From positions 21,227-85,226 of the forward strand of contig JBFLYG010000032.1 in NCBI GenBank assembly GCA_040756765.1: 64,000 bases of DNA. Reading direction: 5' to 3'. This stretch comes from Pseudomonadota bacterium (lineage in GTDB: Bacteria > Pseudomonadota > Alphaproteobacteria > Rhizobiales > Xanthobacteraceae). The notes beneath the pieces are model-generated. The model was not told where the DNA came from, made no database searches, and worked only from the letters and a program-made list of their open reading frames with translations. The position numbers were made by a program, and so were the translations under genes. This document shows, one piece after another, positions 31,094-39,530 of the stretch (its first letter is position 1; each line of letters opens with the position of its first letter).

Positions 31094-31424
31094 TCCGGTT
31101 TAGCCTGAAAAGCTAACTCCCTCTGAAGGAGACCGGACGCGCTTCAGTCGAAGTCCGGTCGTTGCGCCGCAAGGCGTCCGCGCTCGTTCTCCGACACTGC
31201 AAGACCGGCTCTGCGCCGCGGCGGATACCGCCGGCGTCGACGACGGATGTCGCATGCGTCACGCTCGGCCGCGGCCGTGCGAACGCCTGCGTGCGCCCGC
31301 CGCTACGCTGGCTTAAGCCAAGGCCCGCCGACCGTGCGGGAAGCCGCGTCCGGTTCTCCACTCCTTGATCCGTGAAGCCTTCGCTTGCCGGCAGGTGCCG
31401 GCGAGCCAACTCTGGAGACGTGCA

Positions 31425-32576
31425 ATGATCAGGCAGCTGTTTGTGCTGCGCGTGACGGTTCGGGATGGCGAGCGCGCCATGCTGACGCGTGACGGTCGGC
31501 TCGAGCGCGTGCTCGAACCCGGCCGTCACCGGATCTTCGATCCGCGGCGGCGTTATGCCGCCGAGACATTCCAGGTCACGCGTGCCGAATTCCCGGCCGA
31601 TCGCTACGCCGTGCTCAAGGCGGCGCACCCCGATCTCATCGCGCCGCTGTTCGAGGCGGTGGAGACCAAGGCGAACGAGATCGCCATCGTCAGTCTCGAC
31701 GGTCGTCCGGCGCACCTGATGCTGCCCTGGCAGACGCGGGTGTTCTGGAAGGTCGCGACGCATGTCGAGGTCGAGCGCATCGATGTCGCACGTGAACCGC
31801 GGGTCGACGCGCGGCATCTCGCGATGCTCGATCGCACGCGGGTGACGCCGCTGACCGAGGCGGTGATCGAGAACCACGAAGCCGGCCTGCTCTACCTTGA
31901 GGGTCGGCTGGTGGAGCGGCTTGCGCCCGGTCGGCATGCGTTCTGGACCGTGGGCCGCAAGGTCGAGGTCAAGCGCCTCGATCTGCGTCCCCAGACCGTC
32001 GAGATCACGGCGCAGGAGATCCTGACCAGGGATCGCATCGCGCTGCGGGTCACCCTGACCGCGTTCCGCCGGATCGTCGATCCGGAGCGCGTGATGGCGA
32101 CGGTGCCGGATGTCGACGCCTGGCTGTACCGCCTGGCGCAGTTCGCGATCCGCGAGGCGGTGGCTGGCCGCACCCTCGACGAGGTGCTGTCGGCGAAGAC
32201 GACGCTCGACGCGGAGCTGCGCGCCTATGTCGGCGGGCGGGTCGCCGACAGCGGCGTCGAGGTCACCGAGCTCGGCGTCAAGGACGTGATCCTGCCCGGC
32301 GAGATCCGTGAGCTGGTGAACAAGGTGGTGGAGGCGGAGCGGCTCGCCAAGGCGAACCTGATCCGCCGCCAGGAGGAGACCGCGGCGACGCGATCGCTTC
32401 TGAACACCGCGCGGCTGATGGAGGAGAACCCGCTCCTGCTCCGCCTCAAGGAGCTGGAGTCGCTCGAGCGGCTGGTCGAGAAGGTCGGTCGCATCGATCT
32501 CCATGCCGGCGAGGGCCAGGGCTTTGATGCCCTGCTGACCAAGCTCGTTCGCCTCAAGGCGCCGGAGAGCGCGTAA
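31425..32576 (+). CDS. SPFH/band-7 (slipin-like) domain protein with an N-terminal extension of unknown function
   Basis: Start MIRQLFVLRV..., preceded by GGAGACG. C-terminal half has the band-7 signature (TRDRIALRVTLTAFRRIVDPERV...) and a coiled-coil. Confidence 0.75.
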   Translation: MIRQLFVLRVTVRDGERAMLTRDGRLERVLEPGRHRIFDPRRRYAAETFQVTRAEFPADRYAVLKAAHPDLIAPLFEAVETKANEIAIVSLDGRPAHLMLPWQTRVFWKVATHVEVERIDVAREPRVDARHLAMLDRTRVTPLTEAVIENHEAGLLYLEGRLVERLAPGRHAFWTVGRKVEVKRLDLRPQTVEITAQEILTRDRIALRVTLTAFRRIVDPERVMATVPDVDAWLYRLAQFAIREAVAGRTLDEVLSAKTTLDAELRAYVGGRVADSGVEVTELGVKDVILPGEIRELVNKVVEAERLAKANLIRRQEETAATRSLLNTARLMEENPLLLRLKELESLERLVEKVGRIDLHAGEGQGFDALLTKLVRLKAPESA

Positions 32577-32651
32577 ACAGAAGGGCCGCCCACGGGGGGC
32601 CCTTCGTCGTTTCGGCATGCAGGTGCAAGCGCCCGGCAGGCTCTTTTGATA

Positions 32652-33293
32652 TCAGCGCCGCGTGCTGACGGCGAACCAGACGGCGATGCCGACCAGCAGC
32701 ACCGCGAGGATGCGGCGTACGACGCGCCGCTTGTCGGGGCTGTCGATGCGGTGCTGCAACGTGCCGGCCAGCAGCACGATCATCAGATGGATCGCGGTGG
32801 CGACGGCGACATAGATCGCCGACAGCGCGAGCGTTTGCGCCCGGACGGCGCCGAGGTCGACACGGATGAAATCCGGCAGGATGGCGATGTAGAAGATCGC
32901 GGCCTTGGGATTGAGCAGGTTGGTCAGGAGGCCGCGCCGGAACGCGACGCCGGGCGCGATCGTGCCGTCGGCATCCGCCGCGTCGCTATCCGTCTCGCTC
33001 CGCCAGCCATCCCAGGCGAGCCACAGCAGGTAGACGACGCCGGCCCAGCGCAGGATCTCGTAGAGCAGCGGCGAGCCGTCGATCAGTGCGGCGAGACCGA
33101 GCGCGGCGGCGATGCCATAGACCGACAGGCCAAGCGCGATGCCGGCAACCGCGGCGAGGCCGACGCGTGTGCCGTTCGACAGCGACAGCGCGGCCAGATA
33201 GGCCATGTTCGGCCCCGGCGTGATCTCGATGACCAGGGCCGTGAGCGCGAACGCGGCCCAGCTGCCGAGCATGGCGGCGTTGATGATGGTCAC
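32652..33293 (-). CDS. LysE/RhtB-family amino-acid exporter
   Basis: 213 aa, TPGPNMAYL motif, six TM segments. Distant paralog of 29937..30569. Confidence 0.8.
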   Translation of the reverse strand: MTIINAAMLGSWAAFALTALVIEITPGPNMAYLAALSLSNGTRVGLAAVAGIALGLSVYGIAAALGLAALIDGSPLLYEILRWAGVVYLLWLAWDGWRSETDSDAADADGTIAPGVAFRRGLLTNLLNPKAAIFYIAILPDFIRVDLGAVRAQTLALSAIYVAVATAIHLMIVLLAGTLQHRIDSPDKRRVVRRILAVLLVGIAVWFAVSTRR

Positions 33294-33294
33294 G

Positions 33295-36200
33295 CTAATG
33301 CGCTTCGTCCCAGTTGTGCGCGGCGCGGGCGTCGACGTGCAGCGGCACCGACATCACCACCGCCGGGAACGGCGCATCCTGCATCACCTCTTGCACCACG
33401 GGCAGGGTCTTCTCGACCTCGTCGTCGGGCACCTCGAAGATCAGTTCGTCGTGCACCTGCAGCAGCATCTGCGCCGACAGCTTCCTGGCAGCGAGCGCGC
33501 CTTCCATGCGGACCATGGCGCGGCGGATGATGTCGGCGGCGGAGCCCTGCAGGCGGGCATTGATCGCGGCGCGCTCGTTGAAGGCGCGGTGCGAGGGGTT
33601 GGGCGAGCGGATATCCGGGTAGTGGCACTTGCGGCCGAACAGCGTCACCACATAGCCGTGCTCGCGGCAGAAATCGCGGGTCTGGTCCATGTAGGCGCGG
33701 ATGCCCGGGAAGCGCTCGAAATACTTCTTGATGTAGCTCGACGCCTCCTCGCGCGGAATGCCGAGCTGGTTGGCGAGCCCGAAGGCCGAGATGCCGTAGA
33801 TGATGCCGAAGTTGATCGCCTTGGCGCGGCGGCGGACTTCCGCCGGCATGTCCTTGATCGGCACGCCGAACATCTCGGAGGCGGTCATCGCGTGGATGTC
33901 GAGGCCGTCCTGGAACGCCTGCCTGAGCGAGGGGATGTCGGCGATCTCTGCCAGGAGCCGCAGCTCGATCTGCGAGTAGTCCGCAGACACCAGCTTGTGG
34001 CCCTTGGTCGACACGAAGGCGCGGCGGATCTTGCGGCCATCCTCGGTGCGCACCGGAATGTTCTGCAGGTTGGGCTCCGACGACGACAGCCGCCCGGTGG
34101 TGGTGGACGCCAGCGAGTAAGAGGTGTGGATGCGGTTGGTCTGCGGGTGCACGAAGGTCGGCAGCAGGTCGGTATAGGTCGACTTCAGCTTGGTGACCTG
34201 GCGCCATTCGAGAATCCGCTTCGGGAATTCGTGGCCCTGCTCGGCGAGGTCGTCGAGGATCGAGGCGGAGGTCGACCATGCGCCGGTCTTGGTCTTGGTG
34301 CCGCCGGGCATGCCCATCTTGCCGAACAGCACGTCGCCGAGCTGCTTGGGGCTGCCGGGATTGATCGGCTCGCCGGCCATCTCCTGGATCTCGGCTTCCA
34401 GCCGCGCCGCGGTCTGGGCGAAATCGCCGGACAGCCGCGCCAGCTCCTGGCGGTCGATCGAGATGCCGCGGCGCTCCATGCGCGCGAGCACTGCAGCCAT
34501 CGGCCGTTCCAGCGTCTCGTAGACGGTGTTCATGCGCTCGGCGATCAGGCGCGGCTTCAGCACCTCCCACAGCCGCAGCGTGACGTCGGCGTCCTCGGCG
34601 GCGTATTCGGTGGCCTTGTCGATCGACACCTGATCGAAGGTGATCTGGTTCTTGCCGGTGCCGGCGACGTCGGTGAAGGCGATCGGCGAATGCCCGAGCC
34701 ATTTCTCCGACAACGGATCCATGCCATGCGCGCCGCGGCCGGCGTCGAGCACGTAGGACATCAGCATGGTGTCGTCGATCGGCGCGATGGCGATGCCGTG
34801 CTGCAGGAAAACGAGCGCGTCGAACTTGAGGTTCTGGCCGATCTTGAGCACGCCCGGGTCTTCCAGCAGCGGCTTGATGGTCGCGAGCGCGTCCGCCGGC
34901 TTGATCTGGTCCGGCGCGAGGCCGCCGGCGAACAGGCCGGCGCCTTCGCCGCCCTCCTGGTGGATCAGCGGCACATAGCAGGCGTCGTTCGGGCCGAGCG
35001 CGAGCGAGAAGCCGCACAGTTCGGCCTGCATCGGATCGAGGCTGGTGGTCTCGGTGTCGACGGCAAGGTGGCCGAGCTCCTTGGCGCGGGCGACCCAGCC
35101 TCTCAGTTCGTCCGTCGTGCGGACGGTGGCATAGGCCTTGGCGTCGAACTTGCCGTTCTGCGCGGCTGCCGCGCGCGCGGCGGCCAGCGCCTGCGGCGTC
35201 CGCGTGCCGGCGGGGGGCTTGGCCGCGGCTTGCGCCGGAGCGGCCGCGGGCTTGCCGTCGTCGAACGGCAGCATGGGCGCGGCGTCCGTGGCGGCGGGAG
35301 CCGCTGCGCTCTTCAGGCCGCTGTCGGCGGAGATTTCTGCCGCATTGATCTCGGCATAGTCGGCGACGCGCTTGGTGAGGGTGCTGAATTCCATCGCCTT
35401 GAGGAAGGCGATGAGGTGCCGGGCGTCGGGATCGTGCACTGCGAGGTCGTCGAGCGGCACGTCCAGCTTCACGCGGTCGTCGAGCTGCACCAGCTTCTTC
35501 GAGATGCGCGCCTTCTCGGCATTTTCGATCAGCGCCTCGCGGCGCTTGGGCTGCTTGATCTCGCCGGCGCGCGCCAGCAGCGTTTCGAGGTCGCCGTATT
35601 CGGTGATCAGCTGCGCTGCGGTCTTGATGCCGATGCCGGGCACGCCCGGCACGTTGTCGACGGAGTCGCCGGCGAGCGCCTGCACCTCGACCACCTTGTC
35701 GGGCGGCACGCCGAACTTCTCGACCACCTCGGGGATGCCGATACGGCGGTCCTTCATGGTGTCGTACATCACGATGCGCTCGGTCACGAGCTGCATCAGG
35801 TCCTTGTCGGACGACACGATGGTGACGGTGGCGCCGCGCTGGTCGGCCTGCCGGGCATAGGTCGCGATGAGGTCGTCGGCCTCGAAGCCGCCCTGTTCCA
35901 GGCACGGCAGCTCGAACGCCTTCACCGCCTCGCGGATCAGGCCGAACTGCGGGATCAGGTCCTCGGGCGCCGGCGGCCGGTGCGCCTTGTAGTCGGGATA
36001 GAGTTCGTTGCGGAACGTGACTTCCGACTTGTCGAACACGATGGCGAGATGGGTCGGCTGGTTGTCCTTGGGCATGTCGCGCAGCAGCTTCCACAGCATG
36101 TTGCAGAAGCCGAGCACCGCGTTGACCTGCAGCCCGTCCGATTTGCGGTTGAGCGGCGGCAGCGCATGATAGGCGCGGAAGATGTAGGACGATCCGTCGA

Positions 36201-36357
36201 CCAGGAACAGATGGTCGCCCGTCTTCAGGGCGGGAGCGGACACGGGCGTGGCGGTCGCGGCGGCGGTGCTGGGCTTTTTGGACATGGCGGCAATGTAGGG
36301 AGTTTTGCTGGTCATGGCACCTGTTCCGGCGCGGCTGCGCACCGGAATTTTTGTCAT
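33295..36357 (-). CDS. polA: DNA polymerase I
   Basis: 5'-3' exonuclease domain (LFLVDGSSYIFRAY), 3'-5' exonuclease domain and polymerase domain with motifs DYSQIELR and QVHDELIFE. Start ambiguous: 36372 or 36357 (overlapping the LysR stop), or internal Met codons before the exonuclease domain. Confidence 0.93.
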   Translation of the reverse strand: MTKIPVRSRAGTGAMTSKTPYIAAMSKKPSTAAATATPVSAPALKTGDHLFLVDGSSYIFRAYHALPPLNRKSDGLQVNAVLGFCNMLWKLLRDMPKDNQPTHLAIVFDKSEVTFRNELYPDYKAHRPPAPEDLIPQFGLIREAVKAFELPCLEQGGFEADDLIATYARQADQRGATVTIVSSDKDLMQLVTERIVMYDTMKDRRIGIPEVVEKFGVPPDKVVEVQALAGDSVDNVPGVPGIGIKTAAQLITEYGDLETLLARAGEIKQPKRREALIENAEKARISKKLVQLDDRVKLDVPLDDLAVHDPDARHLIAFLKAMEFSTLTKRVADYAEINAAEISADSGLKSAAAPAATDAAPMLPFDDGKPAAAPAQAAAKPPAGTRTPQALAAARAAAAQNGKFDAKAYATVRTTDELRGWVARAKELGHLAVDTETTSLDPMQAELCGFSLALGPNDACYVPLIHQEGGEGAGLFAGGLAPDQIKPADALATIKPLLEDPGVLKIGQNLKFDALVFLQHGIAIAPIDDTMLMSYVLDAGRGAHGMDPLSEKWLGHSPIAFTDVAGTGKNQITFDQVSIDKATEYAAEDADVTLRLWEVLKPRLIAERMNTVYETLERPMAAVLARMERRGISIDRQELARLSGDFAQTAARLEAEIQEMAGEPINPGSPKQLGDVLFGKMGMPGGTKTKTGAWSTSASILDDLAEQGHEFPKRILEWRQVTKLKSTYTDLLPTFVHPQTNRIHTSYSLASTTTGRLSSSEPNLQNIPVRTEDGRKIRRAFVSTKGHKLVSADYSQIELRLLAEIADIPSLRQAFQDGLDIHAMTASEMFGVPIKDMPAEVRRRAKAINFGIIYGISAFGLANQLGIPREEASSYIKKYFERFPGIRAYMDQTRDFCREHGYVVTLFGRKCHYPDIRSPNPSHRAFNERAAINARLQGSAADIIRRAMVRMEGALAARKLSAQMLLQVHDELIFEVPDDEVEKTLPVVQEVMQDAPFPAVVMSVPLHVDARAAHNWDEAH

Positions 36358-37220
36358 CCGGCCTTCATGCATTCGCCGAGGAAGGTCATCACCGCGCGGA
36401 CCGCCGGCACCAGGCGCAGGTCGCGATGGACCAGCAGCCAGACGTCGCGGCTGATCGGCTTGTGCGCCACCGCGTGGCGCCGCAACTGCGGCTCGCCGTC
36501 GCCGAGATAGTGCGGCAGCGCGGCGAGGCCGAGGCCGGCGCGTGCCGCCGCGATCTGGGTTTCGAGGTCGTTGGTGCGCAGCACGACCTCGCGGGTGCCG
36601 ACGATCGCGCGCAGCCAGATTTCCTGGGGCGAATCCGCCATGGTGGCGTCATAGCCGATGAAGGCGAAAGCGTGCGGCGGGGTCTCCTTGAGGTAGGCCG
36701 CCGTGCCGTAGAGGCTGAAGCCGAAGCTGCCGATCTTGCGCACGATCAGGGCGGTCTCGACCGGGCGCAGCAGCCGCAGCGCGAGGTCCGCTTCGCGGCG
36801 GTTGAGCGATGCGCGGCGTTTCTCGCCGATCAGCTTGATGCGGATCCCCGGGTGGCGCTGCCGCAGCCGGATCAGTTGCGGGGCAATCACCGCGCTCGCG
36901 AAGGTCGGCGGCGCGCTGATGGTCACTTCGCCGTCGACGCCGGGCTGTGCCGCCTGCGCCGCGCGGCCGACGGCGAATGCAGCCTCCTCCATCGGCGCGG
37001 CGACGGCGGCGATGCGCCGGCCGTCGTCGGTCAGCGTGGTAGTCCGCGCCCGGCGGTCGACGAGCTTCAGTCCCGTTGATGCCTCGAGCGCAGCGACGCG
37101 CCGCGCCACCGTGGCGTGATCGACGCCGAGCGCGCGGGCCGCGGCCGACAGCGTGCCTTCGCGCGCCAGCACCACGAAGTGCCGCAGATCCTCCCAGTCC
37201 GGCATTGTGCGAATTCTCAC
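36354..37220 (-). CDS. LysR-family transcriptional regulator
   Basis: 288 aa. HTH DLRHFVVLAREGTLSAAARALGVDHATVARRV. Divergent from the quinone oxidoreductase. Its stop overlaps the polA start. Confidence 0.8.
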   Translation of the reverse strand: MRIRTMPDWEDLRHFVVLAREGTLSAAARALGVDHATVARRVAALEASTGLKLVDRRARTTTLTDDGRRIAAVAAPMEEAAFAVGRAAQAAQPGVDGEVTISAPPTFASAVIAPQLIRLRQRHPGIRIKLIGEKRRASLNRREADLALRLLRPVETALIVRKIGSFGFSLYGTAAYLKETPPHAFAFIGYDATMADSPQEIWLRAIVGTREVVLRTNDLETQIAAARAGLGLAALPHYLGDGEPQLRRHAVAHKPISRDVWLLVHRDLRLVPAVRAVMTFLGECMKAG

Positions 37221-37306
37221 ATCTAGAATGCAGATCTGCGCAATTTCGCATATTTCGCGGCACCGCCATAGTCCTGGTCCAACGAACGGAACTAAGGAGA
37301 CGAGCC

Positions 37307-38284
37307 ATGGTCATGACGAAGGTGGTCCGGGTGAGAGCGCCCGGCGGCGTCGAGCAGTTCGAGGTCGCCGACATCGCGCTGCCGCCGCCGGCGCCCGACG
37401 AGATCCGCATCCGCCAGACCGCGATCGGGGTGAACTTCGTCGACATCTACCAGCGCGCCGGGCTCTACCCGATGCCGCCGGCGGGCATTCCCGGTGTCGA
37501 GGGCGTCGGCGTGGTCGCAGCCATCGGCGCCGATGTCACGTCGCTCGCGGTCGGCGACCGCGTCGCCTATGCCGGCACCCCGGTCGGCGCCTATGCCGCC
37601 GAACGCAACCTGCCGGCCTGGCGTGGCATTCGGCTGCCCGCGGCGCTGGCGGACGCGCAGGTCGCGTCGGTGTTCGTCAAGGGCATCACCGCGCACATGC
37701 TGCTGCACAAGGTCTATCCGGTCGCCGAAGGCACGCGCGTGCTCGTGCACAGCGCGGCGGGCGGGCTCGGACAGCTGCTGACGCGCTGGGCCGCGTATCT
37801 CGGCGCCGGCGTGATCGGCACCGTCGGATCGGAAGCCAAGGTGGCCGCGGCGCGCGCCGCCGGTGCGCAGCATGTCATCGTCGGCCGCGATGCCGATTTC
37901 GGCGCCCGCGTCGCGGAGATCACCGCCGGGCGGGGCGTCGACGTCGCGTTCGACGGCGTCGGCGGGCAGACGCTGCTGCGCACCTTCGCTTGCGTGCGGC
38001 CGTTCGGCGTGGTGGCGAGCATCGGCCAGGCGGCCGGTCAGATTCCGCCGGTCGAGGTCAGCGAGCTCGGGCCGCGGCGCAGCCTGATGCTCGCGCGCCC
38101 CAGCGTGCTGGCGTACATGAACGACCCCGCGGACTATCGCCGCGCGGCGGACGCGGTGCTGACGGCGATGGAGGCGGGAATCCTGCGCGGCGAGGGCATG
38201 GCCTATCGCCTCGAGGATGCGGCGCGCGCCCAGGCCGAGCTGGAGGCGGGCCGCACCAGCGGCGCGCTTTACCTGGTGCCGTGA
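37307..38284 (+). CDS. qor: NADPH:quinone oxidoreductase (zinc-independent MDR family)
   Basis: Start MVMTKVVRV..., preceded by AAGGAGA. Rossmann motif AAGGLGQLL. Confidence 0.85.
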   Translation: MVMTKVVRVRAPGGVEQFEVADIALPPPAPDEIRIRQTAIGVNFVDIYQRAGLYPMPPAGIPGVEGVGVVAAIGADVTSLAVGDRVAYAGTPVGAYAAERNLPAWRGIRLPAALADAQVASVFVKGITAHMLLHKVYPVAEGTRVLVHSAAGGLGQLLTRWAAYLGAGVIGTVGSEAKVAAARAAGAQHVIVGRDADFGARVAEITAGRGVDVAFDGVGGQTLLRTFACVRPFGVVASIGQAAGQIPPVEVSELGPRRSLMLARPSVLAYMNDPADYRRAADAVLTAMEAGILRGEGMAYRLEDAARAQAELEAGRTSGALYLVP

Positions 38285-38297
38285 GGCCCGCGCAGTG

Positions 38298-39377
38298 TCA
38301 TTCCGCCGCCTGCAGCGTCGGGCGGCGGAGCACGCGCGGCGCGATCCAGAAGCGGTCGGGGCGCTCGTACAGGAAGTTGAGGCGGGTGCCGCGCGCGGCC
38401 CACCACATCCCGAGCGCGCCGAGCACCCCGGCGATGTTGACCAGCAGCGACACCACGCCGATGTCGGCGATCACGCCGGTCTTGAGCAGCAGCGTCCGCG
38501 TTGCAGCCATCGGCAGGAAGAAGCCGAGATAGATGACGATAGAGTGCTCGCCGCAGTAGCGCAGCGCGTCGAGCCAGCGCATCTTGGCGAGCAGCGTGCC
38601 GGTCACGATGATGGCGCAGGCGCCGGCATAGCCGAGCACGAGCGAGATCAGCGGCCATTCGCTGACGCCGGCATAAACAAGACCCGCGTCCACCAGCGCC
38701 CACAGTCCGAGGCCGGCGAGCGCGAGGGCGCCGTGGCGACGCGCGGCGTCCGACAGCGCGAAGACATAATCGGCGAGCAGGTAGCCGGTATAGAAGTAGA
38801 CGAACCGTGAGGCGAACTCGTCGACGATCGTCGAGCCGGTGTGGGGGATGTGCAGCATTTCGAGCGCTGCTGCGGCCGCCCAGATCAGGATCGGCGGCAC
38901 GCGCCGCGTCAGCTTGGTGACGACGAAAAAGATCGGCAGCAGGTAGATGAACCACAGCGTGCCGAACGGCTCGATGAGGGTTTTGAGATAGAGCAGGCCG
39001 ACCTGGGCCCAGCCCTGCTCGGCGGCGAACACCGGCGCCTTGACCGCGAACTGGATCGCCATCCACAGCACGTAGAAGTAGGCGAAATGCACCACCTTGC
39101 GGTCGAGATAGGTGCGCCAGTCGCGATCGATCACGCGGGCGAGGAACAGGCCGGAGATCAGGAAGAAGTCCGGCATGCGGAACGGCTTGGCGAAGGCCAC
39201 GACGAGATGCATGAAGCCCTCGCGGCCGGCGGCCGCCTCCACCCCGAGGGTCGAGTGCATCATCACCACCATGATGATGCAGATGCCCTTGGCATAGTCG
39301 ACGAAGTCGATCCGCGGCGTGGCAGAGCCGGCCGCTGTGCCGTCGTGAACCATCGATGTGTCGTTTCGTGCCGCCAT
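38298..39377 (-). CDS. acyltransferase family 3 (PF01757-type) integral membrane protein
   Basis: 359 aa, ~10 TM segments, IDFVDYAKGICIIMVVMMH signature. Confidence 0.7.
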   Translation of the reverse strand: MAARNDTSMVHDGTAAGSATPRIDFVDYAKGICIIMVVMMHSTLGVEAAAGREGFMHLVVAFAKPFRMPDFFLISGLFLARVIDRDWRTYLDRKVVHFAYFYVLWMAIQFAVKAPVFAAEQGWAQVGLLYLKTLIEPFGTLWFIYLLPIFFVVTKLTRRVPPILIWAAAAALEMLHIPHTGSTIVDEFASRFVYFYTGYLLADYVFALSDAARRHGALALAGLGLWALVDAGLVYAGVSEWPLISLVLGYAGACAIIVTGTLLAKMRWLDALRYCGEHSIVIYLGFFLPMAATRTLLLKTGVIADIGVVSLLVNIAGVLGALGMWWAARGTRLNFLYERPDRFWIAPRVLRRPTLQAAE

Positions 39378-39530
39378 GGTGCCACTATCGCCCGCTGGGG
39401 TTTCTGCTCCCTTTATGGATACAAGAGCCGTGCCGCGGCGGCTCGCCAGCGTGCCGCACCTCTGGTATGAGGCTGCCGCAATCCGCCGTTTCGTTAACCA
39501 TGCCAGTGCGATAGAGCCCCGGTTCCCGTC

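Noticed and set aside
30850-31100. Two-piece (permuted) alphaproteobacterial tmRNA (ssrA)
   Set aside because: GGGTTCGACAAG and GGTTCGATTCC...GCCACCA resemble tmRNA D-loop and T-arm/CCA elements. However, no ANDN-type tag reading frame ending in a hydrophobic AA-stop is present, the putative acceptor strands do not pair, and the sequence after the CCA is a canonical tRNA D-arm/anticodon arm rather than a GGGG coding-piece start.
29937-33293. Genomic island integrated at the tRNA (two LysE paralogs flanking tRNA and SPFH gene)
   Set aside because: The two LysE genes are only distantly related (not a recent duplication). No integrase, direct repeats of the tRNA 3' end, or GC shift was found. 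Downstream genes (polA, hrpB) are core.
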